Origin: Octopus bimaculoides
Taxonomy: Eukaryota
Length of the DNA stretch: 34,668 nucleotides
Reading direction: 5' to 3'
Assembly: GCF_001194135.2 (NCBI RefSeq)
Contig: NC_069006.1
Location: forward strand, 26,521,166-26,555,833
Of this stretch, positions 22,870 through 33,560 are shown in pieces; position 1 is the first letter of the stretch, and each line of letters starts with the position of its first letter. A program made the translations under genes and the position numbers. Below the pieces are notes generated by a model that did not search any database, was not told where the DNA came from, and saw only the letters and a program-made list of their open reading frames with translations.

Positions 22870-23225
22870 ATAATCTACAGCGTTGACGCCACAATACTTC
22901 ATCATCTTCTCCGCTAAAGATGGTCCTCTTCAGCGAGTTCGAGACTGGAGGTAGACCCCAGGTACGTCCAAAAGTTCGTTTCCGCAATCATCTGAAGCGG
23001 TCTCACATTTTATGCGTTGTGCCTCCCAATCATCGGAAGGCATGGAGGAGGTCTGTGTGATGCTGCGGTAGAACGCTTCGAAACCGAGACTACATGAAGC
23101 AAGGAGGCGACGTCGTCACCAACCCCTGCAGCTGTTGTTGGGCGTGACTTTCAGTTCCCTCAGTGCCACAAGATCTGCCTCTTTCGTATCGCTCTAGTCA
23201 GCCACGTCCATAAGAAGCAATGTGC
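22870..23225 (+). mobile_element. RTE (BovB-like) LINE 3' coding remnant
   Basis: PLKMVLFSEFETGGRPQVRPKVRFRNHLKR, then across frameshifts ERFETE/LHEARRRRH and DFQFPQCHKICLFRIALVSHVHKK, a degenerate C-terminal zinc-finger-like tail. Confidence 0.75.
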
Positions 23226-23297
23226 TGGTGGTGGAGGAGAATGCATGTCGTCAGTCGACGATGCCATCACCTTTGATGGTCCGTGAGAAGCAAGCAT

Positions 23298-23436
23298 CTT
23301 CTTTCAGTTTCCGTCTAGCAAATCCACTCACGAGGCTTTGGTTGTCTCGAGGCTATAGTACAAGACACTTACCCAAGGTACTATGCAGTGGGACTGAACC
23401 CGGAACCATGTGGTTGCGAAGCAAACTTCTTACCGC
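23298..23436 (-). mobile_element. tRNA-derived SINE head (family D) with CORE-like segment
   Basis: Reverse complement GGTAAGAAGTTTGCTTCGCAACCACATGGTTCCGGGTTCAGTCCCACTGC (B box), then ACCTTGGGTAAGTGTCTT. Confidence 0.85.
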
Positions 23437-23796
23437 CTATATATGTAGCTTATGCATGCAACAGGTCTTCAGTGTGCGTGTGTTTGTAAATCTATGTTAG
23501 TTGCTTCGAAAATGTATGATATATAGGGAAAGAGAGAGAGATCGAGAGAGGGAGAGAGAGGGGAGAAAGAGAGAAAATTAGGCAGACAGACAGACAAACA
23601 GACAGTGAAGATGAATATAGATAGGAAGGAGGACAAAAAAGATGTTGGAAAATTAAATACAACTGACACAAAGCAATAAAAACACCTCCACACATTTACA
23701 CACACACGCATACACGCATACACACACTTAAACACACACAACTTACATACACAAACATTCTCACATATACACATATTCTCTCACACAGACATATGA

Positions 23797-23827
<31 letters not shown>

Positions 23828-24518
23828 ATTGGCATTGTTCGTTAGAACAATAGTGACCATCGGCTGCATAAAAGAACGTTCGACCAGATTAGATTACAGG
23901 AGAATAAATTAAATTTATTGAAAGTTGTGTTAAGCAATGTCTATCGGTTTCGCCCCCCCCCCCACTCAACTTCACGAAACTCGGGCTAAAGCCAAGCTTG
24001 CAGTCGTTTTAGTTGTGGAAATATTTCAACCAATTCAAACCAAAACTCGTCAGTACTTTCGAGAAAACTTAGTGGGGCGAAACAAACGTGGATTTGTCGA
24101 TACAGATTACAAAACATAATACACACGAGAATGCACGAATACATACATTATATAATATACATACATTTATGTGTGTGTATATTACACACACACACACACA
24201 CACATGTATGTATATGGCAATCCTTCGGTATTGGTAGACGACGTTATTCACCCACAAAACCTCCCCTCATGACATAGATAATGAAGTGAGGCTGAAAACG
24301 AGGGTAAATGACATTGTCTCCTCACACCGATACCCTGGAGACCAATACCCAAGGATCGCCATGTATGTATATACATTTATATTCAAATAGAGGTTAATAT
24401 AGCCTTGTTAAGAGATAAAAACATTTTGTGAATTACTGGTTCATTACGTATTTTTCTTTATAAATAGTAATATTCATAAAACAATAGGTTTAAGTATAAA
24501 TCTTGGTTTAGAAATATC

Positions 24519-24591
24519 CAAATTAAAATTCAGAAAATGGTGATGTAGCATTATATTAATGCTACATCTCGATTTTCTGAATTTTAATTTG
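24519..24591. other. 73-bp near-perfect inverted repeat (hairpin)
   Basis: 35-bp arms at 24519-24553 and 24557-24591 with 2 mismatches and a 3-nt loop. Confidence 0.95.
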
Positions 24592-24796
24592 AATATATAT
24601 ATATATATATANNNNNNNNNNNNNNNNNNNNNNNNNNNNNNNNNNNNNNNNNNNNNNNNNNNNNNNNNNNNNNNNNNNNNNNNNNNNNNNNNNNNNNNNN
24701 NNNNNNNNNNNNNNNNNNNNNNNNNNNNNNNNNNNNNNNNNNNNNNNNNNNNNNNNNNNNNNNNNNNNNNNNNNNNNNNNNNNNNNNNNNNNNNNN

Positions 24797-24849
<53 letters not shown>

Positions 24850-25110
24850 TATAATCTAGAATATCATGCTGAAGAAAGAAAGGGATTTTATGCAATCCTA
24901 ATCCCGAAACGCGTACATGATTTACTAAGGTTGGTTGGTTTCGTTATTTTTTCTTCTTTTTGCTTATGTGAGTTACGAGTATTGATATCTGTGGAGATAT
25001 ATTGTAGTAGAAGAATTAGTATTTTAACTTCTATTTCTAAATTTTGGCATGTGGTGAAGCAACTTTTGCTGATCCCTTAATTATGTTAAATCGGCTATAA
25101 TAACGTAGTT

Positions 25111-25162
25111 TTCCACTAATAGTATCTTACTGTTTCTTCCACTAATAGTATCTTACTGTTTC
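25111..25162. repeat. Exact 26-bp tandem duplication
   Basis: TTCCACTAATAGTATCTTACTGTTTC occurs twice in tandem. Confidence 0.95.
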
Positions 25163-25479
25163 TTTTATCTCTTCTTTGACTGAATGTTTTTAATATATTT
25201 TTTTTAGATTTGTTATATTAATATATTTGTCTGCATGTGTTTACTTTGTGTATTTCAGTATTATGTATACCTGTCATGTATTTGTGTATATCATTAATAC
25301 ATAAGTGTATATTTGTGTGTATATGTGTGTGTGAAAAGGGGGTGTCTGTCTCCCAAACTCCAAAGTTGAGTAACGTTTTCATGCTTGGATTTGTAAACTA
25401 CGATAAGAATAACACTGGTCAAAAATAAGTCATATACTAACACACAGAAAAATTCAAACAAAACACGCGGGTGAAATTG

Positions 25480-25541
25480 AGCCCAAGTGTCTGAACGCAA
25501 AGAGTCTGAACCTGGAACCATATGTGGTTCGGAAGCCTGCG

Positions 25542-25545
<4 letters not shown>
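25480..25545 (-). mobile_element. Degenerate SINE family D head fragment
   Basis: Reverse complement GAACCACATATGGTTCCAGGTTCAG...CACTTGGGC resembles 23298-23436. Confidence 0.5.
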
Positions 25546-25572
<27 letters not shown>

Positions 25573-25720
25573 ATGAACAAAACAATGAACAGTGGTTGAA
25601 TAAGTGTCTATGTTTAGAATCTAGTGTTTTTAATAGTTTTGTTGATTAGTGACTTAGAAGTTTGGTGATAAATAAGCCACGTGCGACGAACCTTTGACGC
25701 TAATGTCAATAATAACTATA

Positions 25721-25884
25721 CTAATCCTTTCTACTGCAGTCAAATGGCCTGAAATTTAGAGGATGGGGCTGAGTCAATTCCATAGACCCCAGTGCTCAAA
25801 TGGTCCTTAATCTATCGACCCTTAATGGATGAAAGGCAAAGTCGACCTCAGCGGAATTTGTAATCAGAAAGTAAAGACGGACAA
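25721..25884 (-). mobile_element. SINE family A, 5'-truncated
   Basis: AATCCTTTCTACT tail, GACCCCAGTG, GGATGAAAGGCAAAGTCGACCTCAGCGGAATTTG. Confidence 0.85.
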
Positions 25885-27499
25885 TTTGAAGCTCGCCATT
25901 TTAATAATAAAAATACACAGCGAGAGATAGTTTAAGAGAATACACGAAAATATGGCTATTTTCTTCTACTTTAGAAAAAAAAATTGGTAGGTAGGTAGGT
26001 AGATAAAAACACAGTGATACATACGTAGAGAGAGAGAGAGAGAGAGAGAGTGGGGTATAAAGTCTGTGTTTATAAATAAACCCAGTTGCTTCAGTGTCGT
26101 GAAAGCAACCGAAAACTTTATAACTAATGTCAGATAAATATTTATGAATGCTTACAAGTGAAAACCCTTTGAACTAATAGTCTTCAGGACATTTTAATAT
26201 CCTCGCCAACTATTTTTCTCTGTAGTTCGGCACTTGCCAAAATTGAAACCAATGTTTAAGCTAAAGAAATTAAAAAAAAAAAATGAAATAAAATAAAATG
26301 AAACAAGAAGCAAATGGAGCAACTTTATCGTCTCGCCCTCCGAAAGCCAGACATATTTGCTTAAGTCCTTCACTCGTTCTATTTTGTTTGTTTGAAATGG
26401 TTGGTGTGGTTGTGGTTAGCTTTTTGACAAGCCAGACAAACTGTCGTCTGCACACGACACCACGTGATGCTAGCCACATTACACATACCCCGCCCCCACA
26501 CATCTGACTTTTTCTATGAACAAGTTCTTGTTATTTAACCCCAGGTCAGCCCCGACCAGGTAGGCATATGATCTCAGTTGTTCTGAGAATTTAGTCTTTA
26601 TTATCAAAAGCGCCATCTATTCCAGGCTACATTATCAAAGTACTTTCTTTTTTTCCTTTTTACAAGAATATACAATTATGATCTGAGCTCATTTTGGCTG
26701 CTTTTTCTTGCAGATCTAGTAACCATTTAGATTATTGTTGCCGTTTAGCCCCAGGTCAGGCCAAATCCAGTCGCCCCATGACCTAACTGTGTTTCAGTCC
26801 AGTTTGACTGATTCTGTTTGTCAGATAACATTGGCCATTTTATCGCAAATTCGAGATTGCAATAGGTTGTCATGGTGAAAGGGGTGGGATTGATGTAGGG
26901 TGATGACACAAATATTTCTTGTGACCAAGAATGAAATCATTGCCTTTGCAGAAAACTATCGGCCCCATAGCCTGCTATACAAACTGTAGACAAGCTGTTT
27001 GAATCATTTATTTCGAGACCATTGTGCTCTTGTGTGTTCAATGATAAAACGCCCTTTGTCATGCAAGACTTTCAGAAAAACTTTCAAGAAATTTATTTAG
27101 GTAAATTAAATAAGTTTCAAAACAAGACGATTCTCCACGAATAATTTAAAGACAGTTTTGTGCTTGTTTGCAGGTAGCACATTCCTTTATCGTTGCCTTC
27201 CAGTCCCCTTCTCCCTCCGGATCCCCGCATGTAACCACATGACTTACCCGAGAATCTGATATTCATTAGACAACATTAACAACACAACGCTCAAATTTAT
27301 TAAGTGGCACAACATTAAGATTATGAATAATGAAGAATGATTTAAAGATGCAAACTGGAGCTTAATGCAATCATCATATCCTTGATGATCAGGAAGGCGA
27401 AAAAAAAAAAGATTTTCGTAGATGCACCGAAACAGAACAAGTTTTGATAAATAAATCTGTGTTGTCTGAAGTCAGAAGACACTGTAAAAACCTTGTGAC

Positions 27500-27566
27500 A
27501 ATAGGCTGTTCCGTTGATCGGATCAACTGGAATGCTAGTCGTCGTCGTAACCGACGGAACGTCAGT
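27500..27566 (+). mobile_element. SINE/RTE-type 3' end fragment
   Basis: AGGCTGTTCCGTTGATCGGATCAACTGGAA...GTCGTCGTAACCGACGGA matches a cephalopod SINE 3' end as I recall it; it is loosely similar to the GACGGA end of the 20-333 copy. Confidence 0.6.
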
Positions 27567-28090
27567 CACTTCTTTTACAAAAGAAACGCAGCAACGTTAA
27601 GTAGTTTTATTGCTTTAGAGGCAGAAATGAGTTTATGTTACCATTTATGTATGGGAAAACCTTTGTCCTCCAACCGATGAGAAAAGCCACCAAATCTCCT
27701 GTCTGGATGTCGGTGCCAGAAATTCCGAATGTAAAGTGTTTGAGATGTTGGTGTGGCAATGTAGAATCATGAACTCAGGGGTCGGCTTTTGATGCCTGAC
27801 TCGACGGACTGCAAGGTAGAGGGTAGGGGCGGATAACCAAATAATGATGAAGCATTTTGGGTTGAAAGGAATCCAGAAAAAGATTGGCCTGTTATATCTA
27901 GCAGGACTTGATGTATATGAAGTGCACACAGCATATAGTTGTTCTTGTACTTGTCAGTACAGATCAAGCAGAAGCGATGCAATCAAAGGACATTCCGACC
28001 GTGACCATCGCAGATTTTTCCTTATATGCAGAGAACCTAGAAGCATGTTGTTATATTATCTCCTTACACACACACACACACACACAATAA

Positions 28091-28165
28091 TTGGGGTCGA
28101 TATGATCGTCTTCCCTTCCCCTCAAAATTGCTGGCCCTGTGCCAAAATTTGAAACCTTGATTATT
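28091..28165 (+). mobile_element. SINE family A 3' fragment (alternative tail)
   Basis: TGGGGTCGAT...AAATTGCTGGCCCTGTGCCAAAATTTGAAACC, as in 9826-10027. Confidence 0.8.
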
Positions 28166-28761
28166 TAGGTGGCCGAGTGACAAACTCGAAAAGATCGTCT
28201 GCTTGGACGTGTTCTCGCCTCCATTGTTGTTCGGTGTCGTCTGTCATAAAGACGGATGCCATGTTCTCCGGCAAATGGCATCCAGAGGATATCGATCGAG
28301 AATTATTCCTCTGGTGCTTTGCTAAGAATGTTCCAACTATTCGTATAGGTTTTGGCCTTTTAGTGGGGAGGCGGAGAGGTGGTATTATTTAACTTTGTTG
28401 GTGGTGATGGTGGGGGAAATGGCGAATTGCATGTGGTGGCGGCGGTGGGGGGAATATTTGGTAATAGTAGTACTGGTGGTGGTGGTGGTGCTGCTGCTGT
28501 TACTCTTGGCTATGTTGGTGGCGGTGATTTGGGAAGGATTGTGTGTTTTGCTGTTAAATGTTATTTGGAAACATCACGTGCCTAATACTCACTGGCGTGT
28601 GGATGTGTGTGTGTGTGTACTCGTGCACATGTGTAGGTGAATGTTTGTTTACGTGTTTATCTGTTTATGTCTATATTCTCTCTCCGTTTCATACATATAC
28701 TTATACACACACATATAGACACACGTAAATGTGAGAGTGTGTGTATGCGTATGGACACGAG

Positions 28762-28800
<39 letters not shown>

Positions 28801-28939
28801 CTATGAAGTATCACCTCCTCTTCCTCCCCCTCTCTCTGTATTCGTTCTTCAGGGTTTGGGCAAAATAATAGAAACATTTTGTTAAATGGAAGATTCATTA
28901 TTTAATCCCGAGCCTAAGATGAACGATTTTGGTTGAGAT

Positions 28940-29196
28940 GACGGAAACTTAGCTCTGCCCTCACTTTTGTAGTTGGGATGGGTTTTGCTCACAATACATT
29001 TCACTATTTTGCAGATCCTCTCTTTGAGTTTAGCCTTCCATTCGGAATTGTTGGAGCTGGTTTTGCCTTGATTTTCGAATGGTAACATGATTTTAGAGAC
29101 TGTTAGTCGCAAAACTTTAAACATTTCAGTAGTTTTAGTGACTAAAACCCCAGCCATCCGAGCTCCAACAATTTGTCCCCTTTGAAAATCAGATGG
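28940..29196 (-). mobile_element. Tc1-family transposase N-terminal (HTH DNA-binding) remnant
   Basis: SDFQRGQIVGARMAGVLVTKTTEMFKVLRLTVSKIMLPFENQGKTSSNNSEWKAKLKER...IVSKTH matches the Tc1 pattern SDFQRGQIVGARLAGASVTKTA...VSRATVSKVM...GKTSS. Confidence 0.88.
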
Positions 29197-30149
29197 GTCA
29201 ACGGTTTCAACTTATCGAAATATAAATATTTGCAAATAAACAAAAAAAAAAAGAAAGAAAGAAAATATCGAAAGTTCCATCATGAAGTTGAAGGCATAAC
29301 TTAATGCATCGAAAGCCACATATTCAGACTGGAATAGTTTCAATTTGTCTCTTGCTGTTCTGCATCCATCCTAATCTCCGTTGATCCGATAATCCTTCCA
29401 CCTCCCAACCCATCCCAGCCAGATTCCATCCGTAAAATAATTCTCGGCGGTGGCTCGACTTGCTACAAATAGCAGCCAATTCTCCCTCATTCTGCAAACT
29501 ATTGTCTTTAAAACATTCCGAGATGGTCGCGGTTGGAACGCTTTTGATTATAATCCGATGGTCTCACTCACCACCGACCCAGGTCCAAACAACAACACTC
29601 TCCTACTCCATCATCCATTCAACTCATCTACTTTGTGGTAGTAGTAGTGGTAGTAGTAGGACAGCCGTCTACAACAGTGCTCCGCAGCCGATACGCCGTT
29701 GTACACTGGTGTGCCACGAGACGATGCTAAGTGTGCCGCAATGTAACCTGAATATAACTTTCCTCCTATACTTTTAGTTACGCTTTTAGTTCAGCTGTGC
29801 CACCGAATTTTGAAACGAATATAAGTGTGCTGCAAGTGAGAAAAGGTTGCGGAGCATTAGTCTACTGCACCACTACAACCACAACTATCATCACACCCCC
29901 CACCCGCTACTACCACTACCTCAACAACCACCACCACCACCACTACAACCACTATCACTACCACCTCTACCATCCCCACAATTAATCACCTCTCTACCTA
30001 AAATTTACTAATCTTGCATCCATCGCAATCTTTGATCTCACTTCGCTAAGAACTGACAAATTTGGTAAAAATAGATTGGGGGGTGGGGGGAGAAGGAAGC
30101 AAAAACAAGGATGAAAGAAAAGAAGGAAAGAAAGAATGTGTGCGTATGT

Positions 30150-30283
30150 GTATCTTTCTCTCTCAATAAATATACACATACGAACATAAATACATACATA
30201 TATATATATGTATATAAACACGCGTATACATACACGAATCTACGTACGTGTCGGTGTACATATATGAGTATATATGTACATGA

Positions 30284-30380
<97 letters not shown>

Positions 30381-30505
30381 TGTGACTGTGCGTGTGTGTA
30401 TACACATATATGCACACATATAAGTACACATGCATATGTATACATATGCATGTATACACATCTATACGTATATGTGTGCCTATGTGTGTGTGTGTGTGCA
30501 TGCAC
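30150..30505. repeat. Compound (TA)n/(TG)n/(CA)n microsatellite region
   Basis: Directly visible. Confidence 0.9.
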
Positions 30506-31383
30506 ATATTGTGTTCATTGTATTTCATTTCTTACCAAAATTCTTCAACTTGTTGTTTTGACACGGTTCTACGACATGATTACAAAGAAAGAAAGATGGC
30601 AGTAAGTGCCAAAATGTCTGTAGATTGTGGAAATCGAATTTCACAAGCAACATTTCACCAGCAAATAAAACTTGCTCCATGCTTTACCACTGTATTGAGG
30701 CACACGAAGGACTGGTGAGTCATTCAACTTAATTTTCCGATAAACGTTGATCATAGTTTAGCAAGGAAACAAAATGGAGGGCGAGTTGACACAACATAAG
30801 AGAGCCATATTAAATAGAGTTTCTTTTTGTCGTTGCCGTCGTTATGGCTTGCTTTATCAGATGAGTGAGGAAGGGCAGGAAGAGCGAATTTTGTTTTTTA
30901 TGGAGTCTTGAAGATTGATGTAGTCGAAGAAACCACGATTTAATGGTTGCAGCAGAAGTAAAAAGAATTTGCAACACTGTTCATTGGACTGGGAACTTGA
31001 TCTGAATGTTTCAAATGGAGTGGCCACCACTAAAAATATTCAAGTAACGGAGCGGTGATTTCAAAGCACACCACGGTTTAAGTCAACCAGCCCAGACTGG
31101 GTGCAGTTTATTCGTTGCACTTGAGTACAACTTGTATTCTATTACAGTTTCCAGTCAATTACATTTCATTGACAAGACTAAAGCTGAAGCCGCCACTCCG
31201 TGAATAGAGTCGGTGAAAGCCAAACTTCTTATTGAAAGGACCATCATCCCCATAAAGACAAATTTGATGTGGAGAACAGTTTTGCTGTCCAAAGTGAGAC
31301 ATCCATTAAAATGACTGAATGTTTAACGCTACATTCTCCTTCATCCGAGACGGTCCTATGGAGCAGAGAGCGCAGTCGTGCAT
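30500..31383 (-). pseudogene. Probable decayed intronless class A (rhodopsin-like) GPCR
   Basis: Manual translation across stops and frameshifts gives motifs in the expected order: VIL/NG (TM1), IRSLAFTD (TM2, 31223-31209), N-R/WCALKSPLRY (TM3-IL2, 31073-31044), C*TMI..YRKI (TM5), FICW (TM6, about 30660). No database alignment was possible. Confidence 0.45.
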
Positions 31384-31417
31384 TGTTGTTAGTTGTTTGC
31401 TCGATGTGAAGAAGATA

Positions 31418-31576
31418 GTGAAGGCGCGTGGCTTAGTGGTTCGGGGTAATCGGCTTACGGTCATGAGTTCGATTCTGGGCGGTACGTTGTGTCCTTAAGC
31501 AAGACACTCCATTTCACGTTGCTCCACTCCACGCAACTGAGTGGCAAAAATGAGGTGAACCTGTATTTCAAAGGGA
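31418..31576 (+). mobile_element. tRNA-derived SINE family C, 5' part
   Basis: GTGGCTTAGTGG (A box), GAGTTCGATTC (B box), GTTGTGTCCTTAAGCAAGACAC. Confidence 0.88.
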
Positions 31577-31619
31577 CACCCAAATCATATTAATAGCTTA
31601 GGAATGAAATTTAGGATTT

Positions 31620-32150
31620 CTCGGTTTTCTGTGAATCGATTTTGATAAAACTTTTCCCAGCTGGTTTGCACATTATGGCAACACCATTCTTCTGTTTTCA
31701 TTATTCAGTGTGACATCCTTTCCTTTTTTAGGTCAGATTCTTCAGATTTTGGGTGAAGTTTTGAATGAAAATAGCCCAGCTTGACATTTTGTCTTTTAGA
31801 AACATTCAGTTTTGATTTTAACATGTTTTTTATTGCACGGAAATATTCTTTATGGAACATTTCCTTCATTTTGTATTTTTAAATTTATCGTTTATCAATT
31901 TTCCAACATACTTTCCCCATTTAACGATTTCATAGTCTTGCCATCAACAACATCCAGCCCGTTGCCGCCGCTTTTTATGGTTATCCCTTCGTGATTTTTC
32001 GTCTCTTTCGTGGAACATTTCCTGATATTGAATGGAATTTCAATGCTACAACTAAATATTGGTACGTTTTGCACCAAAGAATCCTGTAGATTCTTGTCTC
32101 GTCTTAAATCTTTAAATCGTCCATGAAAAGATATTCGGTTCTTCCCCGAT
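31620..32150 (-). mobile_element. R4/Dong-like non-LTR retrotransposon RT remnant
   Basis: Across frameshifts it reads EYLFMDDLK, QDSLVQNVPIFSCSIEIPFNIRKC, DGKTMKSLNGES, KMKEMFHKEYFRAIKNMLKSKLN. This matches the pattern HLLFMDDLKLY...DSLIQTVRIFSxDIGMxFGLEKC...KEYxRRVRKILKSKLN. Confidence 0.8.
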
Positions 32151-32212
32151 TATTTCCCAGTGAATAACCTTCCTTAGTTCTAAGAATAGTTGACAAAATC
32201 AGTGCAATTACA

Positions 32213-32215
<3 letters not shown>

Positions 32216-32295
<80 letters not shown>

Positions 32296-32300
32296 GAGAC
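32216..32300. repeat. (GA)n microsatellite
   Basis: Directly visible. Confidence 0.95.
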
Positions 32301-33187
32301 AGACTGTCCTTTGAAACCTTCATCTTCGTATCTCTACATCTGCTTATCTTTCCTCACACGATATCAACTCTTCTTCAATGTTACAATGGATTTTTTAATG
32401 GTCATCTAACCATTGACCAAAGTTTTGAACATTTCCTCACCACGCGTACTGTATCTCTCACATACACTAATTTAATTATTCAACTATGAATTTATGGAGG
32501 ATTCTAAACTCTTTCAGCCAAAAATCATGGAAAACACCCAGTCCGGCACCTCTCCACTTTCCTCACTCTTTCAACAGTTTTCTAATCTTCGTTTTGACGA
32601 TCGTAAAATCCATCTGCATTCGACATTTTCGGCGTAATTTTATCTTTATTTTATCCTCTATGTTTTATTTTTGTTCTGAGTATTTTCTTGTGAAGTCTCA
32701 TGACCATTTTTAGCTGTTGAGCTGACAAACATATGATTGTATGCTCGGTTTCTAAATCAGACAGTAAATTGTCTCCATGAGCATGGCATTTCGTTTCGCG
32801 TTGTTCCGACAGAAAAATGTGTACCAGCCTTGTGCTGGTGCCACAGCTCCTCTCTCTAGCTGCAAAATTTTCGATATTTTTCTGGGACAGAGGTTCGAAA
32901 GGGAGCGTATATGTAGCCGCGACAATAGAGGCAACGAGTGAAATCAAAGTCCACCACATCGAATCATATTCATTTCCCAGTGGTGGTTTATAGTTTTGGT
33001 ATTTTTGGACCAGATCCCCCCCCCCCACCGCACCTTTAATACTATGCTTTCTTCTGCCTTCAATCTTTATTTCTCTTCATTTCCTCAACCACATCGAGCA
33101 CACGTTTCTCATTTATTTGAAAAAGATGGTTTGGCTTTCATATTTTCTGTCTTTGACCTTTGTTTAAGTTCTTCGTCTTCTTCGTCT

Positions 33188-33300
33188 TGAAAGTGCGTAG
33201 CTTAGTGATTAGCAGTATTTGGCTGACGATCGTAAGGTCATGAGTTCGATTCCTGACAGCACATTGTGTCCTTGAGCAAGACACTTTATTTCACATTGCT
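33188..33300 (+). mobile_element. tRNA-derived SINE family C, 5' part
   Basis: GTAGCTTAGTGATTAG (A box), GAGTTCGATTCC (B box), TTGTGTCCTTGAGCAAGACACTTTATTTCAC. Confidence 0.88.
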
Positions 33301-33334
33301 TCTCATGAAAGCTTGAAAAATCTCTTGGCATTAG

Positions 33335-33560
33335 TACAAGATCAAAGAAGAGATTTAGGAACGCATTTCACTCATTTCTACAAGTGTTGTCCAGCACAGA
33401 GCAGGACTTGTTGGCCTCTGCTATCGTGTTGAACAACAGGTCATACCAAGGGTTTTATCTAGGAAACTTCTGCTCTTTTATATAGGACTTACCAAAGCAA
33501 ATGAAGAATTGAGATTTCTGACGCAGCGTCGAAACTGACCGCGGGTGCGGCCCCTTAAAG
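33335..33560 (+). mobile_element. Possible RTE LINE C-terminal remnant
   Basis: ISLISTSVVQHRAGLVGLCYRVEQQVIPRVL resembles the pattern PPISxTIxxRRLRFAGHCYRAKDEVISDVL; weak and short. Confidence 0.45.

Noticed and set aside
25111-25162. 26-bp direct repeat as a CRISPR-like or regulatory array
   Set aside because: Two adjacent copies with no spacer in a eukaryotic context; it is a simple tandem duplication.
27160-27260. Strong plus-strand acceptor (TTTGCAG, about 27173) and minus-strand donor (GG|GTAAGT, about 27248)
   Set aside because: The two sites are on opposite strands, and the plus-strand frames hit stops without a convincing donor or a recognisable peptide.
2562-30718. Long ORFs in the track rich in YI/HT/CV/X runs (e.g. 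2639-3466, 7980-9017, 12810-13766, 16698-17741, 30111-30605)
   Set aside because: They are read-throughs of dinucleotide microsatellites and N gaps, with no coding signal.
32651-33028. 125-aa minus-strand ORF
   Set aside because: No domain similarity recognised and no splice or codon evidence; this length can occur by chance.
20-33300. tRNA genes at A/B-box-containing segments (20, 7225, 20091, 23436, 31418, 33188)
   Set aside because: I could not fold a full cloverleaf or acceptor stem, and each continues into a repeat body shared with other copies, so they are SINE heads.
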